Both the position numbers and the translations under genes were made by a program. A DNA stretch of 59,628 nt, counting the filler, from Basidiobolus ranarum (Eukaryota): NCBI GenBank assembly GCA_040143965.1. It is 12 parts of 12 records of this genome, joined end to end, with 100 filler letters (N's around TTAATTAATTAA, not from the genome) between each part and the next. Parts side by side here need not be neighbours in the genome. Positions count along the whole stretch, not along the records: positions 9,981 to 14,868 come from JASJQH010001795.1; positions 14,969 to 19,851 come from JASJQH010001796.1; positions 19,952 to 24,833 come from JASJQH010001797.1; 9 more parts are not named here. One strand, 5' to 3'. Below the pieces are notes generated by a model, which did not search any database, had not been told where the DNA came from, and saw nothing but the letters and a program-made list of their open reading frames with translations. This document shows positions 12,036 to 23,535 of the stretch, in pieces (positions within the stretch are counted from its first letter, which is position 1; each line of letters starts with the position of its first letter).

Positions 12036-14868
12036 TGTTAAAGTTTATTGTCTTTATCATATTTGTTCTCTCTATCTTCATACATCAAAATATTTCATAT
12101 ATCATATAGAAGTTAGTTAACATTATATAGTTGAATATCACTTAGCTAAAAATCACAACATATATTATATATATATGTGAATAATGAGAGAATTAGCAAT
12201 TCCATATTGGAAATTTCAAATTTGTTCAAATTGCCCCAAAAGTAGCTCATTTTACTCCCACAGATGTTCTGAACACACCCCCAGTGATAGTTTTCTGTAT
12301 TTCCACCAAAATGTATAAATGCTTTATTTCTGGTCAATAAATAATTTTCTCACAAAGCTATTCACAACTCCACTTGTCTAAAGTTCCTCCAAATGGCCCA
12401 TATCTTCCCAATAGGTTATGAGCCCCATGTTCCAACCTTTACAGAATGACAGAAACCACTACTACCACTTTTTTTAACTCAAGTGTTGAAAAGCTTGATG
12501 GAGAAAATTAAAATTTCTGGAAGTTCAAGATGCAAATCATGCTGGAAGACAGAGAGCTTTGGGATGTAGTCTCTGCAGATGAAAAGGAACCTTCTGACCC
12601 TTTTCTTTTCAAAGTCAACAAGAAAAGAGACAAGAAGGCCTTTAATGTCATTTGTCAAAGTTTGAAGGATTCACAACTTGTAAATATCCAATATACTAAG
12701 ACTTCCCATCAAGCTTGGACTATATTGGATGAGTGTTATGAAGCAAAGAGTCTTGCTAATAGACTCTTTCTCAGAAAAAGATTCTTCAATATAAAGATGG
12801 AAAAGTCCGAAAGCATGGTTACTCATATTGCAAATGTGAGATCTTTGGCAAAACAGCTGGAAAACATTGGTGTAACTTTACAGGAAGAAGATGTTATTTT
12901 GACTTGTCTAAGTAGTCTACCAGAACAGTATTTAAACTTGGTCACAGCTTTGGAAGCAAGATCTGGCAAGTTGTCCTTGGAGTTTGTGGTAGCAAGGCTA
13001 ATGCATCAACATCACAGAAGTAAGAATTTGGAAAAAGAATCTGAGGAAGTGGCTCTTTTTGGAGCTGAAAACCTTAGCTTTGGCAAGTACAAAGGTTACA
13101 AAAGGAGGAAACAAGGTTTATGCTATGGTTGTAACAAACCAGGACACCAGTTAAAAAATTGCAAATCAAGAAATTACAACAAAAGTGAGTAGTCAGAACA
13201 AGCAAATCAGGTTTCAGCCAAAGATGAAGTTTTATTCATTTCTGCCCTGTCAGTGACCTCTGAACAAGACTGTAGGTTGTGGAATTTTGACTCTGGAGCC
13301 TCTCAACATTTCTCTAATCAAAAAAACTGGTTTACAGCACTCAAAACTGACATAAACAAGAAGGTGTATGTGGGAGATGACAGCTACTAGAAGCTCTGGC
13401 AGTGGGAGAAATTGAAGTGGATCTTGGGGGCATCTCTGGGGACATATGTTTGACACTGAAAAACATGCTATATGTGCCTGGGATAGCAAAAAATTTGTTA
13501 TCAGTGAGTAAAGCAACATCTGAGGGATATTGCTTTAATTTTGATCAAAATGGCTGTACAATCAGGGATCAAAAAGGGAATTACGTAGCTTCTGGAGCTA
13601 AGCAAATTAACTTGTATAAACTTTGATATATTAGGCCAATATATCAACAAGTTAATACTGCCACAGCTGAAGAAATAGACTGGAAAATCTGGCATAGGAG
13701 ATTGGGTCATCTAGGAGCTGAAAATATGAAAAATTCAACCAAAAACAAGATGGTTTTGGGACTGAATTTTGTAATTCCACCAGATCTGGAGCTATGAGAA
13801 GGTTGCCTATATGGTAGGCAACAGAGACAGCTGTTTGAAGGCTCTGGAATGAGCAAAATTGATCAACAATTGGGCTTGATACACTCAAATCTGTGTGGCC
13901 CAATGCAGACAAAATCCTTAGGTGGAAAAAGGTATTTTATGACCTTTATTATTGATAAGACAAAATATACTTGGGTTTACTTTCTGGCCAGTAAGGATGA
14001 AGCCTTTGATACCTTGAAGAAGTTCAAAGCAATAGTGGAGACTCAAACAGGTCTAAAGATTAATATTAACTGTACTGATACTGAAGGGGAATATACCTCA
14101 AAACTCTTCTCTAACTTCTACTCAACACATGGGATAAAACAGCAGAATACAGTGCCATATCCTCCACAGCAGAATGGAGTAGCAGAATGTGCAAACGGAT
14201 CAATATTGGAAAGGCAAGTTCAATGCTTCATGATCAAGAGTTACCAAAACAGTTCTGGGCTGAATTGGTTGCAACTGCAGTATATATTAGGAAGGGATGT
14301 CCTTCTAGGTCTCTATTGGCTATGTCACCTTATCAAGATTGGTTCAAAAGTAAACTTGATGTGGCTAATCTCAGAGTTTTTGGAAGTACCACATATGCAA
14401 TGATTCCAGACCAGAAGAGATCAAAATTAGACCATAAAAGCCAGAAATGTCTTTTTTTGGGATGTTGTGATGGGACAAAAGGGTACAGACTGTATTATGC
14501 TGAAAATAAGAAGCTAATCAAGTCAAGGGCCATGGAATTTGCTGAAGAAGGAAAATTTTCAATCAAAACAATCCAGGATCAAGAAAAACAACCAAAAATT
14601 GATGAAAATTCTTCTTTTTCTCACCAGATCCTGATCAGTGAGAAAAATATTGAAAGTCTCTCACCTGCAGTGTCCTTAACCAAGCCTAAGGTGGATTCAT
14701 TGCCTAAATTGGTACCAGAAGTTGTAGTGCCAATTTCCCTTCTTAGGAGATCCAATTGGAGGAGATCTCCACCTGATTACTACTCTCACACTAGCCAAAA
14801 AGAGCCTTGTGCTAATTTAGCCTTTTCCAATGAACCCATATCAGTATAGGAGGCTATGGAGAGTCCCA
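12036..14868 (+). mobile_element. Ty1/Copia retrotransposon (family C1): 5' LTR, gag, protease, integrase; decayed, cut by contig end
   Basis: LTR 12036-12413; gag from 12446 with CYGCNKPGHQLKNC knuckle; protease WNFDSGAS; integrase WHRRLGH, LIHSNLCGPM, PQQNGVAE, SKLDHKSQKCLFLG; stops and frameshifts. Confidence 0.95.
12414..12425 (+). promoter_or_regulatory. Primer-binding site, half-tRNA-iMet (copia/Ty5) type
   Basis: GGTTATGAGCCC directly after the LTR; similar motif at 20787-20798(-) and 31556-31567(-). Confidence 0.85.
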
Positions 14869-15499
14869 NNNNNNNNNNNNNNNNNNNNNNNNNNNNNNNN
14901 NNNNNNNNNNNNTTAATTAATTAANNNNNNNNNNNNNNNNNNNNNNNNNNNNNNNNNNNNNNNNNNNNATTTGGATATTCCATACAAGTAATACATGTTA
15001 CTGATGTATTATTATGCTCTACAAATATTGTAAGTGCTTACACTGCTTTCTTTTTCTGATGACTGACTTTCTTTGGGTTCTTCAAAGTGAGGTAGAGCTT
15101 ACTGGCTCAGAATCACTAATGGTTGAAACAGAGTACGCATGACACGCTCAACAATTGTTCCATATGGTAAACCACTTCACTCAAATTAGTATCGATAGGG
15201 TAACAATCTAGTTATAATAACCAATTACTGATGAACTAAACTTGATTAACAACAAAAGGTACTTAAACACAATTAGCTCATTGATTTATTTGAGTAAGAT
15301 TAGAATGTAACAACCAATGCAACACCGCAGTACGTTGAATCTTCATTTGAAGAAACTACTGAATTAATGCTAATTCAATTTTGTTATGAGTAAAATTAAA
15401 TCAATTTCTTAATATGAACAAAAAGTCGATATTCACTTAAATTTCCTTTTTTTTGACATACACGATTTCTCGTGTCTTTATCACATTTGATATCTTCTT

Positions 15500-18400
15500 A
15501 TGTCGGATATTAATATTGATGCTGAGATTAAGGCTCAACAAGCCGAACGTGAGGCTCGATTAAGAGACCAACAACAATCCACCCATGTTTCTTTAGTTGG
15601 GGATATTGCATACGATACTGATTTATATGGGGGTTCCAATAAATTTGCTGGTTATGAAACTAGTCTTCCAGTGAATGATGTCGACGACGAAGAACAAGTA
15701 AGAAAACCTAAAAGTCTATTATCTTCATATACAGCTCCTAAAGAGATCTATGAAGAATTAGCTGGAGTTGGTGACGATGGAATGGATCCTTTCGAAAACC
15801 GTAATGGAAGTAAAAAAATCGTTGATCGTGAAGATGAATATCACGCTCGTAGATTTAATCGTGCCCTCTCTCCAGAGCGTGTAGATGCTTTTTCTAAAGA
15901 AGCTAATCAAAATTCCGAAGCTAGAACTTATGCTGAAGCTATGAAACAGGTAGAGCTTGAAAAAGAAGAACAAAGAGTTAGAAGAAAGATTGCTGAGAAA
16001 GCTAAAGAAGCTGAGCAAAACGGTCAAGAATTGGAGACACAACAACCCGCTAAAAGAAGACGATGGGATGTAGATGCTCCTGCAAATGATTCTCGTTCCG
16101 AATGGGAAAAACCGGAGGAGGAAGAGTCAACCGCACCCAAGCAGAGCAAGTGGGATGAAACTCCACGAGATACCCCACGTCGAAAGAACCGTTGGGATGA
16201 AACCCCAGTCAGTACTGCTTGGGATGCAACTCCACAGGGAAGTGTAACTGATACTCCAGGAAAGCGTAGATCACGCTGGGATGAAACTCCAGTCAACTCT
16301 AGTGCTTTTGGTGCCACTCCTGTAGGCAGTGTTGGCTTAATGACACCCACACCTAATCAACTGGCTCAACCCATGACTCCTGAAGCCATGAACGCGATGA
16401 GATGGGAAAGAGAGATCGATTCTAGGAACCGTCCATTATCTGATGAAGAGCTTGATGCTATGTTCCCTTCAGCTGGTTACAAGATTTTGGATCCACCACC
16501 AAGCTATATACCTATTAGAACTCCTGCACGTAAGTTAACAGCTACCCCCAGTCCAATGGTCGGGATGAGCGGATTTATGATGCAGGAAGAAGATAGAAAT
16601 CAGACCTATGATTTACCTACTGAAATCCCTGGAGTTGGTAATCTTCCGTTCTTTAAACAAGAAGATATGCAGCATTTCGGAAAGCTTCTCGATAATGTTG
16701 ACGAAAACCAACTATCTGTTGATGAGCTTAAAGAAAGAAAGATTATGCGTCTCTTATTGAAGATCAAAAATGGTACTCCACCAATGCGTAAAGCTGCTCT
16801 TCGCCAAATTACCGATAAAGCTCGTGAGTTTGGTGCTGGTCCACTTTTCAATCAAATCTTACCACTGCTCATGTCGCCTACACTTGAAGACCAAGAGCGT
16901 CATCTTTTAGTCAAAGTAATTGACCGTATTCTTTACAAATTGGACGATCTTGTTAGACCTTTTGTTCACAAAATCCTTGTCGTTATTGAACCTCTCTTGA
17001 TCGATGAAGATTACTACGCCAGAGTTGAAGGTAGAGAGATTATCAGTAATCTTAGTAAAGCCGCTGGTTTGGCAACCATGATTGCTACCATGAGACCGGA
17101 TATCGATCACGTTGATGAATATGTTCGTAATACTACAGCTCGTGCGTTTTCCGTTGTAGCTTCAGCACTTGGAATTCCATCCCTGTTGCCATTCTTGAAG
17201 GCTGTTTGTAAGTCGAAGAAATCTTGGCAAGCTCGTCACACTGGTATCAAAATCGTACAGCAGATATCTATTCTTTTGGGCTGTGCCATTCTTCCACATC
17301 TCAAAAGTCTAGTGGATATTATAGCACATGGACTTGAAGATGAGCAACAAAAGGTACGTACCATTGCCTCTTTAGCCATTGCTGCTCTGGCCGAATCGGC
17401 TGCTCCTTACGGTATCGAATCCTTTGATTCAGTGCTTAAGCCACTTTGGACTGGTATCCGTAAGCACAGAGGAAAGGGTCTGGCTGCATTCTTGAAAGCT
17501 ATTGGGTATATTATTCCATTGATGGATGCCGAATATGCCAATTACTATACAAAGGAAGTGATGATAATCTTAATTCGAGAGTTCCAATCTCCTGATGAAG
17601 AAATGAAAAAGATTGTTCTCAAGGTAATCAAACAATGTGCTTCTACAGACGGAGTGGAATCTCGATACATCAAGGAGGAGATTTTACCCGAATTCTTCAA
17701 AAACTTTTGGGTGAGAAGAATGGCTCTTGACAGACGTAACTACAAGCAGTTGGTAGAGACGACTGTTGAGCTAGCACAAAAAGTTGGCGTAACCGAAATC
17801 GTCGGTAGAATTGTCGAAGATCTGAAGGATGAGTCTGAACCCTACAGAAAGATGGTCATGGAGGCTATTGAGAAGGTTATTAGCGTGTTAGGTGCCGCGG
17901 ATATCGATACCCGCCTGGAAGAGATATTGATTGATGGTATTCTTTACGCTTTTCAAGAACAAACAGTGGAAGATGTTGTCATGTTGAATGGATTCGGTAC
18001 GGTAGTAAATGCTCTCGGCCTGCGTGTTCAACTCTATCTTCAACAAATCTGTTCCACCATTTTATGGCGTTTGAACAACAAATCGGCCAAAGTTAGACAA
18101 CAGGCTGCGGATTTGATCTCCCGTATAGCAATCGTTATGAAGACCTGTGGTGAAGAAAAACTGATGGGACAACTTGGCATTGTGCTGTACGAATACCTCG
18201 GTGAAGAGTACCCAGAGGTGCTTGGATCCATTCTGGGTGCTCTAAAGTCCATTGTAAATGTCATTGGTATGTCCAGTATGACACCGCCCATTAAGGATTT
18301 GCTTCCACGCCTCACTCCAATTTTACGAAACAGACATGAGAAAGTACAAGAGAATTGTATTGATCTTGTAGGTCGTATTGCCGATAGAGGAGCCGAGTTC

Positions 18401-19168
18401 GTTAGTGCTCGTGAATGGATGCGAATCTGTTTCGAATTGTTGGATTTACTTAAAGCACACAAAAAGGGAATTCGTAGAGCAGCTGTTAATACATTCGGAT
18501 ACATTGCCAAGGCCATTGGACCTCAGGATGTCTTGGCCACTTTGTTAAACAACTTGAAGGTTCAAGAACGTCAGAATCGTGTGTGTACAACAGTTGCGAT
18601 CGCCATTGTTTCTGAAACGTGCGCTCCGTTCACCGTACTTCCAGCTTTGATGAATGAATACCGAGTTCCAGAATTGAATGTTCAGAATGGTGTTCTCAAG
18701 TCATTGTCTTGGGTATTTGAATATATTGGTGAGATGGGTAAAGATTATATCTACGCTGTCACACCACTTCTTGAAGATGCTTTGATGGATCGAGATCTTG
18801 TTCATCGTCAAACCGCATGTACTACCGTTAAACATATGGCTTTGGGATCGTACGGTTTAGGGTGTGAAGATGCACTTCTTCATTTGTTAAATTATGTATG
18901 GCCCAACATCTTCGAGACCTCACCCCATGTTATCAATGCAGTCATGGAAGCCATAGATGGATTAAGGGTAGCGTTAGGACCAGCGATTATTCTTCAATAT
19001 GTATTACAAGGACTCTTCCATCCAGCCAGAAAGGTACGTGAGATCTATTGGAAGATATATAACAATGCATATATTGGGGCACAAGACGCACTCGTACCAT
19101 TCTATCCTACAATCGAAGATGATGAAAGAAATCATTATCAACGACATGAAATGGATTATTTCTTGTAA
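15500..19168 (+). CDS. SF3B1: Splicing factor 3B subunit 1 (U2 snRNP, Hsh155)
   Basis: Intact 1222-aa ORF with RWDETP ULM repeats and HEAT-repeat region ([49 protein letters not shown]). Confidence 0.99.
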   Translation: MSDINIDAEIKAQQAEREARLRDQQQSTHVSLVGDIAYDTDLYGGSNKFAGYETSLPVNDVDDEEQVRKPKSLLSSYTAPKEIYEELAGVGDDGMDPFENRNGSKKIVDREDEYHARRFNRALSPERVDAFSKEANQNSEARTYAEAMKQVELEKEEQRVRRKIAEKAKEAEQNGQELETQQPAKRRRWDVDAPANDSRSEWEKPEEEESTAPKQSKWDETPRDTPRRKNRWDETPVSTAWDATPQGSVTDTPGKRRSRWDETPVNSSAFGATPVGSVGLMTPTPNQLAQPMTPEAMNAMRWEREIDSRNRPLSDEELDAMFPSAGYKILDPPPSYIPIRTPARKLTATPSPMVGMSGFMMQEEDRNQTYDLPTEIPGVGNLPFFKQEDMQHFGKLLDNVDENQLSVDELKERKIMRLLLKIKNGTPPMRKAALRQITDKAREFGAGPLFNQILPLLMSPTLEDQERHLLVKVIDRILYKLDDLVRPFVHKILVVIEPLLIDEDYYARVEGREIISNLSKAAGLATMIATMRPDIDHVDEYVRNTTARAFSVVASALGIPSLLPFLKAVCKSKKSWQARHTGIKIVQQISILLGCAILPHLKSLVDIIAHGLEDEQQKVRTIASLAIAALAESAAPYGIESFDSVLKPLWTGIRKHRGKGLAAFLKAIGYIIPLMDAEYANYYTKEVMIILIREFQSPDEEMKKIVLKVIKQCASTDGVESRYIKEEILPEFFKNFWVRRMALDRRNYKQLVETTVELAQKVGVTEIVGRIVEDLKDESEPYRKMVMEAIEKVISVLGAADIDTRLEEILIDGILYAFQEQTVEDVVMLNGFGTVVNALGLRVQLYLQQICSTILWRLNNKSAKVRQQAADLISRIAIVMKTCGEEKLMGQLGIVLYEYLGEEYPEVLGSILGALKSIVNVIGMSSMTPPIKDLLPRLTPILRNRHEKVQENCIDLVGRIADRGAEFVSAREWMRICFELLDLLKAHKKGIRRAAVNTFGYIAKAIGPQDVLATLLNNLKVQERQNRVCTTVAIAIVSETCAPFTVLPALMNEYRVPELNVQNGVLKSLSWVFEYIGEMGKDYIYAVTPLLEDALMDRDLVHRQTACTTVKHMALGSYGLGCEDALLHLLNYVWPNIFETSPHVINAVMEAIDGLRVALGPAIILQYVLQGLFHPARKVREIYWKIYNNAYIGAQDALVPFYPTIEDDERNHYQRHEMDYFL

Positions 19169-19676
19169 ATTCCATGGGTTATTATTCATTTTGTATTGTA
19201 GCTTAGCTCTAATATCCCTCTAAACAAAAATTTCATCTAAATTTTATCTTGATTATCTTCATTGGAAATCTTTGATTTATATATAGTAGAGTATAGTATG
19301 GATTTGTTGTCGTGCTTTGCTTAAAACATTTTACTTCCATACTACTTCTACTCTACTTTATTCTAATAAACTCCCTTTTTTGTAATATACTCGAATGAAT
19401 TCCCAGGTTAAAGCTATCAAAATTTTGACTTAGGTAGTGGTTTCTCTTAGAATCGAAATGAGTTGTCAGTCGCGTAACGTGATATCTTGAACCGTTTGTG
19501 AGTATCGCTTTAATTATATTAAGTCGTAGATCTTTCCAAACAGTCGATCGTATAAGCTTCCTTCTCTGTTCTTTTATTTGTCATAAATTCTGCTATTATC
19601 TCATTGACGTTCCCATTTGTTATAGGGGATTGTTTATCTCTACATATTGTTTTAAGTGTGAAACATTTCAGAAAAC

Positions 19677-19751
19677 ACTTCTGTGGTGCAATGGAAAGCG
19701 CGTTCTAATAACTGTCGAACCGCTATGGGTTCGAATCCCATCCCAGAAGCA
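19677..19751 (+). pseudogene. tRNA pseudogene with Arg/Asn-like body
   Basis: CTTCTG/CAGAAG acceptor, GTGC/GCGC D stem, ATGGG-TTCGAAT-CCCAT T arm; aberrant anticodon loop, 2-nt insertion, no T-run terminator. Confidence 0.55.
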
Positions 19752-19951
19752 AAAAAGAGAAATTTAAATGATGACGTTACAATAGAAACAGTTATCCCTG
19801 TCCGAAAAGACTATGTGGATAAAAATTGTAGACTGAAATTTCTTTTTTTTTNNNNNNNNNNNNNNNNNNNNNNNNNNNNNNNNNNNNNNNNNNNNTTAAT
19901 TAATTAANNNNNNNNNNNNNNNNNNNNNNNNNNNNNNNNNNNNNNNNNNNN

Positions 19952-20135
19952 GTAAATTCCGATTGAGAATAATTGATAATATCTTAGTGAATTATAAGAT
20001 AACTAAGTACTAAGCTATATATGACTATATAGGTGTTTAGGCAATGCTAATTTCAACAAATAAATCAATAAGTGAAAACCACCAATTCCTCTAATTCTCC
20101 AAACCACTTCCAACAGGCTCCCAAATACTTTAACA
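19952..20135. mobile_element. Two family C3 LTR pieces, one (minus, to 20058) inserted in another (plus, 20059-20135)
   Basis: Matches the C3 consensus TGTTGAAATTAGCATTGCC...CAAATACTTTAACA; abuts the C1 gag fragment. Confidence 0.85.
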
Positions 20136-20388
20136 TAACCATGCTTTCAGACTTTTCCATCTTAATATTGGGGAATTTTTGTCTGAGAAAGAGTCTATTA
20201 GCAAGACTCTTTGCTTCATAACACTCTTCCAATATAGTCCAAGCTTGTTGGGAAGTCTTTGCATATTGAATATTCACAAGTTGTGAATCCTTCAAACTTT
20301 GACAAATGATATTAAAGGCCTTCTTGTCTCTTTTCTTGAAAGCTTCCAATAAAGAAGGGTCAGAAGGTTCCTTTTCATCTCTGGAGAC

Positions 20389-20671
20389 TGTTGAAAGTCT
20401 GGTGACTTGTGATACAAGCAGTAATTCCCAATAGAGGAAAAAATGGAGTATGGTGACTGCATCTGCACACAAAGTCTCAGGCCAATCAGTTGCTTGTATA
20501 GCTCATATGCCAAAGTACCATATATTGACAGACTAGGTTAAGGTTCCCTAGCAATATAGGCATAGTATACAAGGACTGGTAGCTCTGTTGTTAGAGCACC
20601 TTGCTAGAGCAAAGGAGGTCCCAGGCTCAAATCCTGGCCAGACCGATATTTCTCCCTAAATAATTTCATTA
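20389..20671 (+). mobile_element. 283-bp solo-LTR-like insertion carrying a tRNA-like gene
   Basis: TGTTGAAA...TTTCATTA termini; perfect GAGAC TSD (20384-20388, 20672-20676); empty site seen in the paralogous gag near 12570. Confidence 0.88.
20573..20645 (+). tRNA. 73-nt tRNA-like unit inside the LTR (nominal anticodon AGA, short variable arm)
   Basis: GGACTGG TA GCTC TGTTGTTA GAGC A CCTTG CTAGAGC AAAGG AGGTC CCAGG CTCAAAT CCTGG CCAGACC G folds as a cloverleaf with A- and B-box-like motifs; a few mismatches. Confidence 0.65.
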
Positions 20672-21039
20672 GAGACTACATCCCAAAGCTCCCTGTCTTC
20701 CAGCATGATTTGATCTTGAATTTTGACACTTGCATTAATAGAAGTGGTAGTAGTGGTTTCTGTCATACTGTAAAGGTTAGAAAGTGGTGCTCATAACCTA
20801 TTGGGAAAATATGGGCTGTATGGAGGAACTTTAGGAAAGTGGAGTTGTGAATAGCATTGTGAGATAATTATTTATTGTCCAGAAATAAAGCATTTATACA
20901 ATTTGGTGTAAATACAGAAAACTAGCACTGGGATTGTGTTCAGAACATCTGTGGGAGTAAAATGAGCTATTTTTGGGGCAATTTGAACAAGTGTGAAATT
21001 TCCAATATGGAATTGCTAATTCTCACATTATGCACATAT

Positions 21040-21200
21040 CCCTATGAAAAACATGGGAATGAATACCAGAGGAAAACCAGAGAAAACACAAATATAGTGG
21101 TAGGAATGCCATGAGAAAGTTGTTGCAATACCAGCATAATACCATTTTAAAACAGTCAGAAAATAGTATGAAATGCAAATTTCAATTTTTTTTGTTAGGG
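21040..21200. mobile_element. 161-bp CMC/CACTA-type MITE
   Basis: CCCTA...TAGGG ends, inserted in an (AT)n tract; absent from the paralogous LTR at 12146-12200. Confidence 0.8.
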
Positions 21201-21341
21201 ATATATATATAATATATGTTCCAATTTTCAGTTAAGTGATATTGGACTAAGTAATGTTCACTAACTTAAATTTGATATATGAAACAGTTAGGTTTATAAA
21301 GATAGAGATAACAAATTTGATAAAGACAATAAACTTCAACA

Positions 21342-21543
21342 CTTGCAATATCTATAAAAGCCCCATGTATTCCTTGATCAGACTCATGTCTGATCAATGC
21401 CAGTTATCAATCAAGATTCTTGTCAAAGTATCTTCCCTGTCCAGTCTTGTCTTGTCTTGCCTTGTGGTCTACACCCAAGTACTCTCCTGCCTTCTAGCCT
21501 CTTGTTGTTGTTTCCAGTTCTTGTCCAGTTCCTTATTGTGACA
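21342..21543 (+). repeat. LTR-like repeat family D, 3' portion
   Basis: Ends CCTTATTGTGACA; high identity to 42866-43065(-). Confidence 0.75.
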
Positions 21544-21550
21544 GGGAGAG

Positions 21551-21940
21551 TGTTGAAATTAGCTTTGCTTAAACACCTATATAGTGATATATGTTGAAAT
21601 TAGCTTTGCCTAAATACCTATATAGTCATATATAGCCTAGTACTTGGTTATCTTGTAATTTACTAAGATAGTATTTATTATTCTCAATTGGAATTTACTT
21701 AGAATGTTTTTACCAACTTAGAAGTTCTCAGATATATAGATCTTTTCAAACTTATGCTAGAAGCCCCAAACTTTGCACACATGTTCCTGGGACCTTCCTT
21801 AATACATTCTACATGTTTGTTTTTTTACATCCTGACAAAACTATATATGTCAACTTTGTACTCAATAAATCAACAAGTGAAAACCACCAATTCCTCTAAT
21901 TCTCCAAACCACTTCCAACAGGCTCCCAAATACTTTAACA
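21551..21940 (+). mobile_element. Family C3 solo LTR (21592-21940) nested in the start of another C3 LTR
   Basis: TG...CA ends, ATATA TSD; the outer copy is preceded by PPT-like GGGAGAG. Confidence 0.9.
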
Positions 21941-23535
21941 ATATAAAGGATATTCTCAACAAGCACTTTGTGAATTGTCATGCTAAAATGTAGCCAGTCT
22001 ACTCTTGGTAAAACTGACATGCTTAAAAGCTTTCAGAGTCTGAAGGAGAACATTGGCACTTTACTTTCCCAGAGACTTGCAAATTATTAAAAATTAAAAA
22101 ATATTCAATATCTGGGAAACTTTTCAAAATTATAAGTATTATAAAAGCTAGAATAGGCTGTGTTATAAAGTTGGAAACAGTGTCTCTTCTTCAGATGTGT
22201 CAAAGGTCAGAGATCTGACCTTTGGAAAATTTGGGCAAGCCCAATTCTTCCCATATACTAGTGACTTGAGTATATTGTGACAGAAGGGTGTACATGGGGG
22301 ATTACATCCCCCAAACCCCCTGCTTTTTTTTTATACTGGGAAGACTGCATCCCCCATACCCCCTCTTTTCATCCTTACCCTCCCTTACCCTTACCAGAAC
22401 ATCTATACCCTCTTATCTTAACCCATTGGTATCCCAGGAAATTTACCAAATGGAGAGAACAACTTTACCAAGTACAAATGTCACACAAGAAGGATATTCT
22501 GTTTGGGCCATGGTTGTAACAAACCTGGATATTGGATTGGAGAAAGCCCAACATTGGAAATGACATGAAAGAGCATCTTGCAGCTACGACACTCTTCTAT
22601 ATCAATTTGTCATACCAATACTTGAGCATAAGATAAATCAGTGATTGCCTAGGACTTCTCATGTTTACCCTGCCCAAAGTTTTCTATATTAGAACTTTGA
22701 ATGGAATTAAGGTCAGTAAAATCTGCGAGTAAAGTATTGTTCTGAATGTGATTATATTGCGATTTAAATGTTAACCAAATAAGGCTCACTTCTCATCCCC
22801 CCGAATGAAATTTGAAGCATAATCACAGAATATATAATACTGAGCATATATTGAAAAGTTACATATATATTAGAAATTAGTCTCATGAGTCATATATACA
22901 CTATGGGTTCTCAACTTGGGGTATGTAAACTTATGCATTTTACCCGCAAATAGGGCGCGAAGGATTAATAATGTGCTACACGAAATCCAGGTAATGCTTG
23001 CCATGTAGTACGAGTCGACTATTTTGGCTTCCTGAACATCTCATTCGGATTTTTCTTGAGTTTAATCAGATGTCACACACAGTGTTATATTTTTTGCACT
23101 TAGTATAAAAGTTGTCATGATAAATAATAAATGCCCGCACTGAGAAGCCGCACCAGCAAGTGGCTGGGTAAAAAGAGACAGCAATTGCACTTTTATCTCT
23201 TCTAATATACAAAATGTGATATATAGCATACTAAACTCCAATTACGAGATATAAATTGAGTTACCTCAACTAGCCCTAGCCGTACTCTGATTCGCCTATG
23301 GTCTGTTCAAATGGGCGAAGTCAGTGCTACCAGTTATTCTAGTTACATCCAAATTTAACAGTAGTGGCAATGAGCGTGTGTACGTAAATCGGAAAAGCAG
23401 GAATTTAGGTATTGTCCTTTGCATCAGTGTGTGATCATTATTACAATTGCTGATTAGCGGCAAGTTATAACATCTGCTTAAGCTGATGTGGTATTTTCAT
23501 TTTCACCCTTCACCTTTCAATATTCGATATCGCGT

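Larger units (their letters stand above)
20136..21341 (-). mobile_element. Copia family C1 fragment (LTR 20799-21341, PBS, partial gag) with two nested insertions
   Basis: Close paralog of 12036-12820 (DEKEPSDP...KAFNIICQSLKDSQL...ANRLFLR). Confidence 0.92.

Noticed and set aside
16050-16330. Repeated RWDETP units
   Set aside because: Known SF3B1 ULM/TP repeats.
15758-18516. Minus-strand ORFs inside SF3B1 (and similar shadows in the GH16, zinc-finger and acyltransferase genes)
   Set aside because: Antisense shadows of real coding sequence with no motifs.
20600-20612. Amber-suppressor (CTA) or Leu (TAG) reading of the LTR-borne tRNA
   Set aside because: Standard cloverleaf numbering places AGA at 34-36; the other registers break the stem and U33.
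22373-22395. Telomere repeat
   Set aside because: Only about three imperfect CCTTAC units, internal to a contig.
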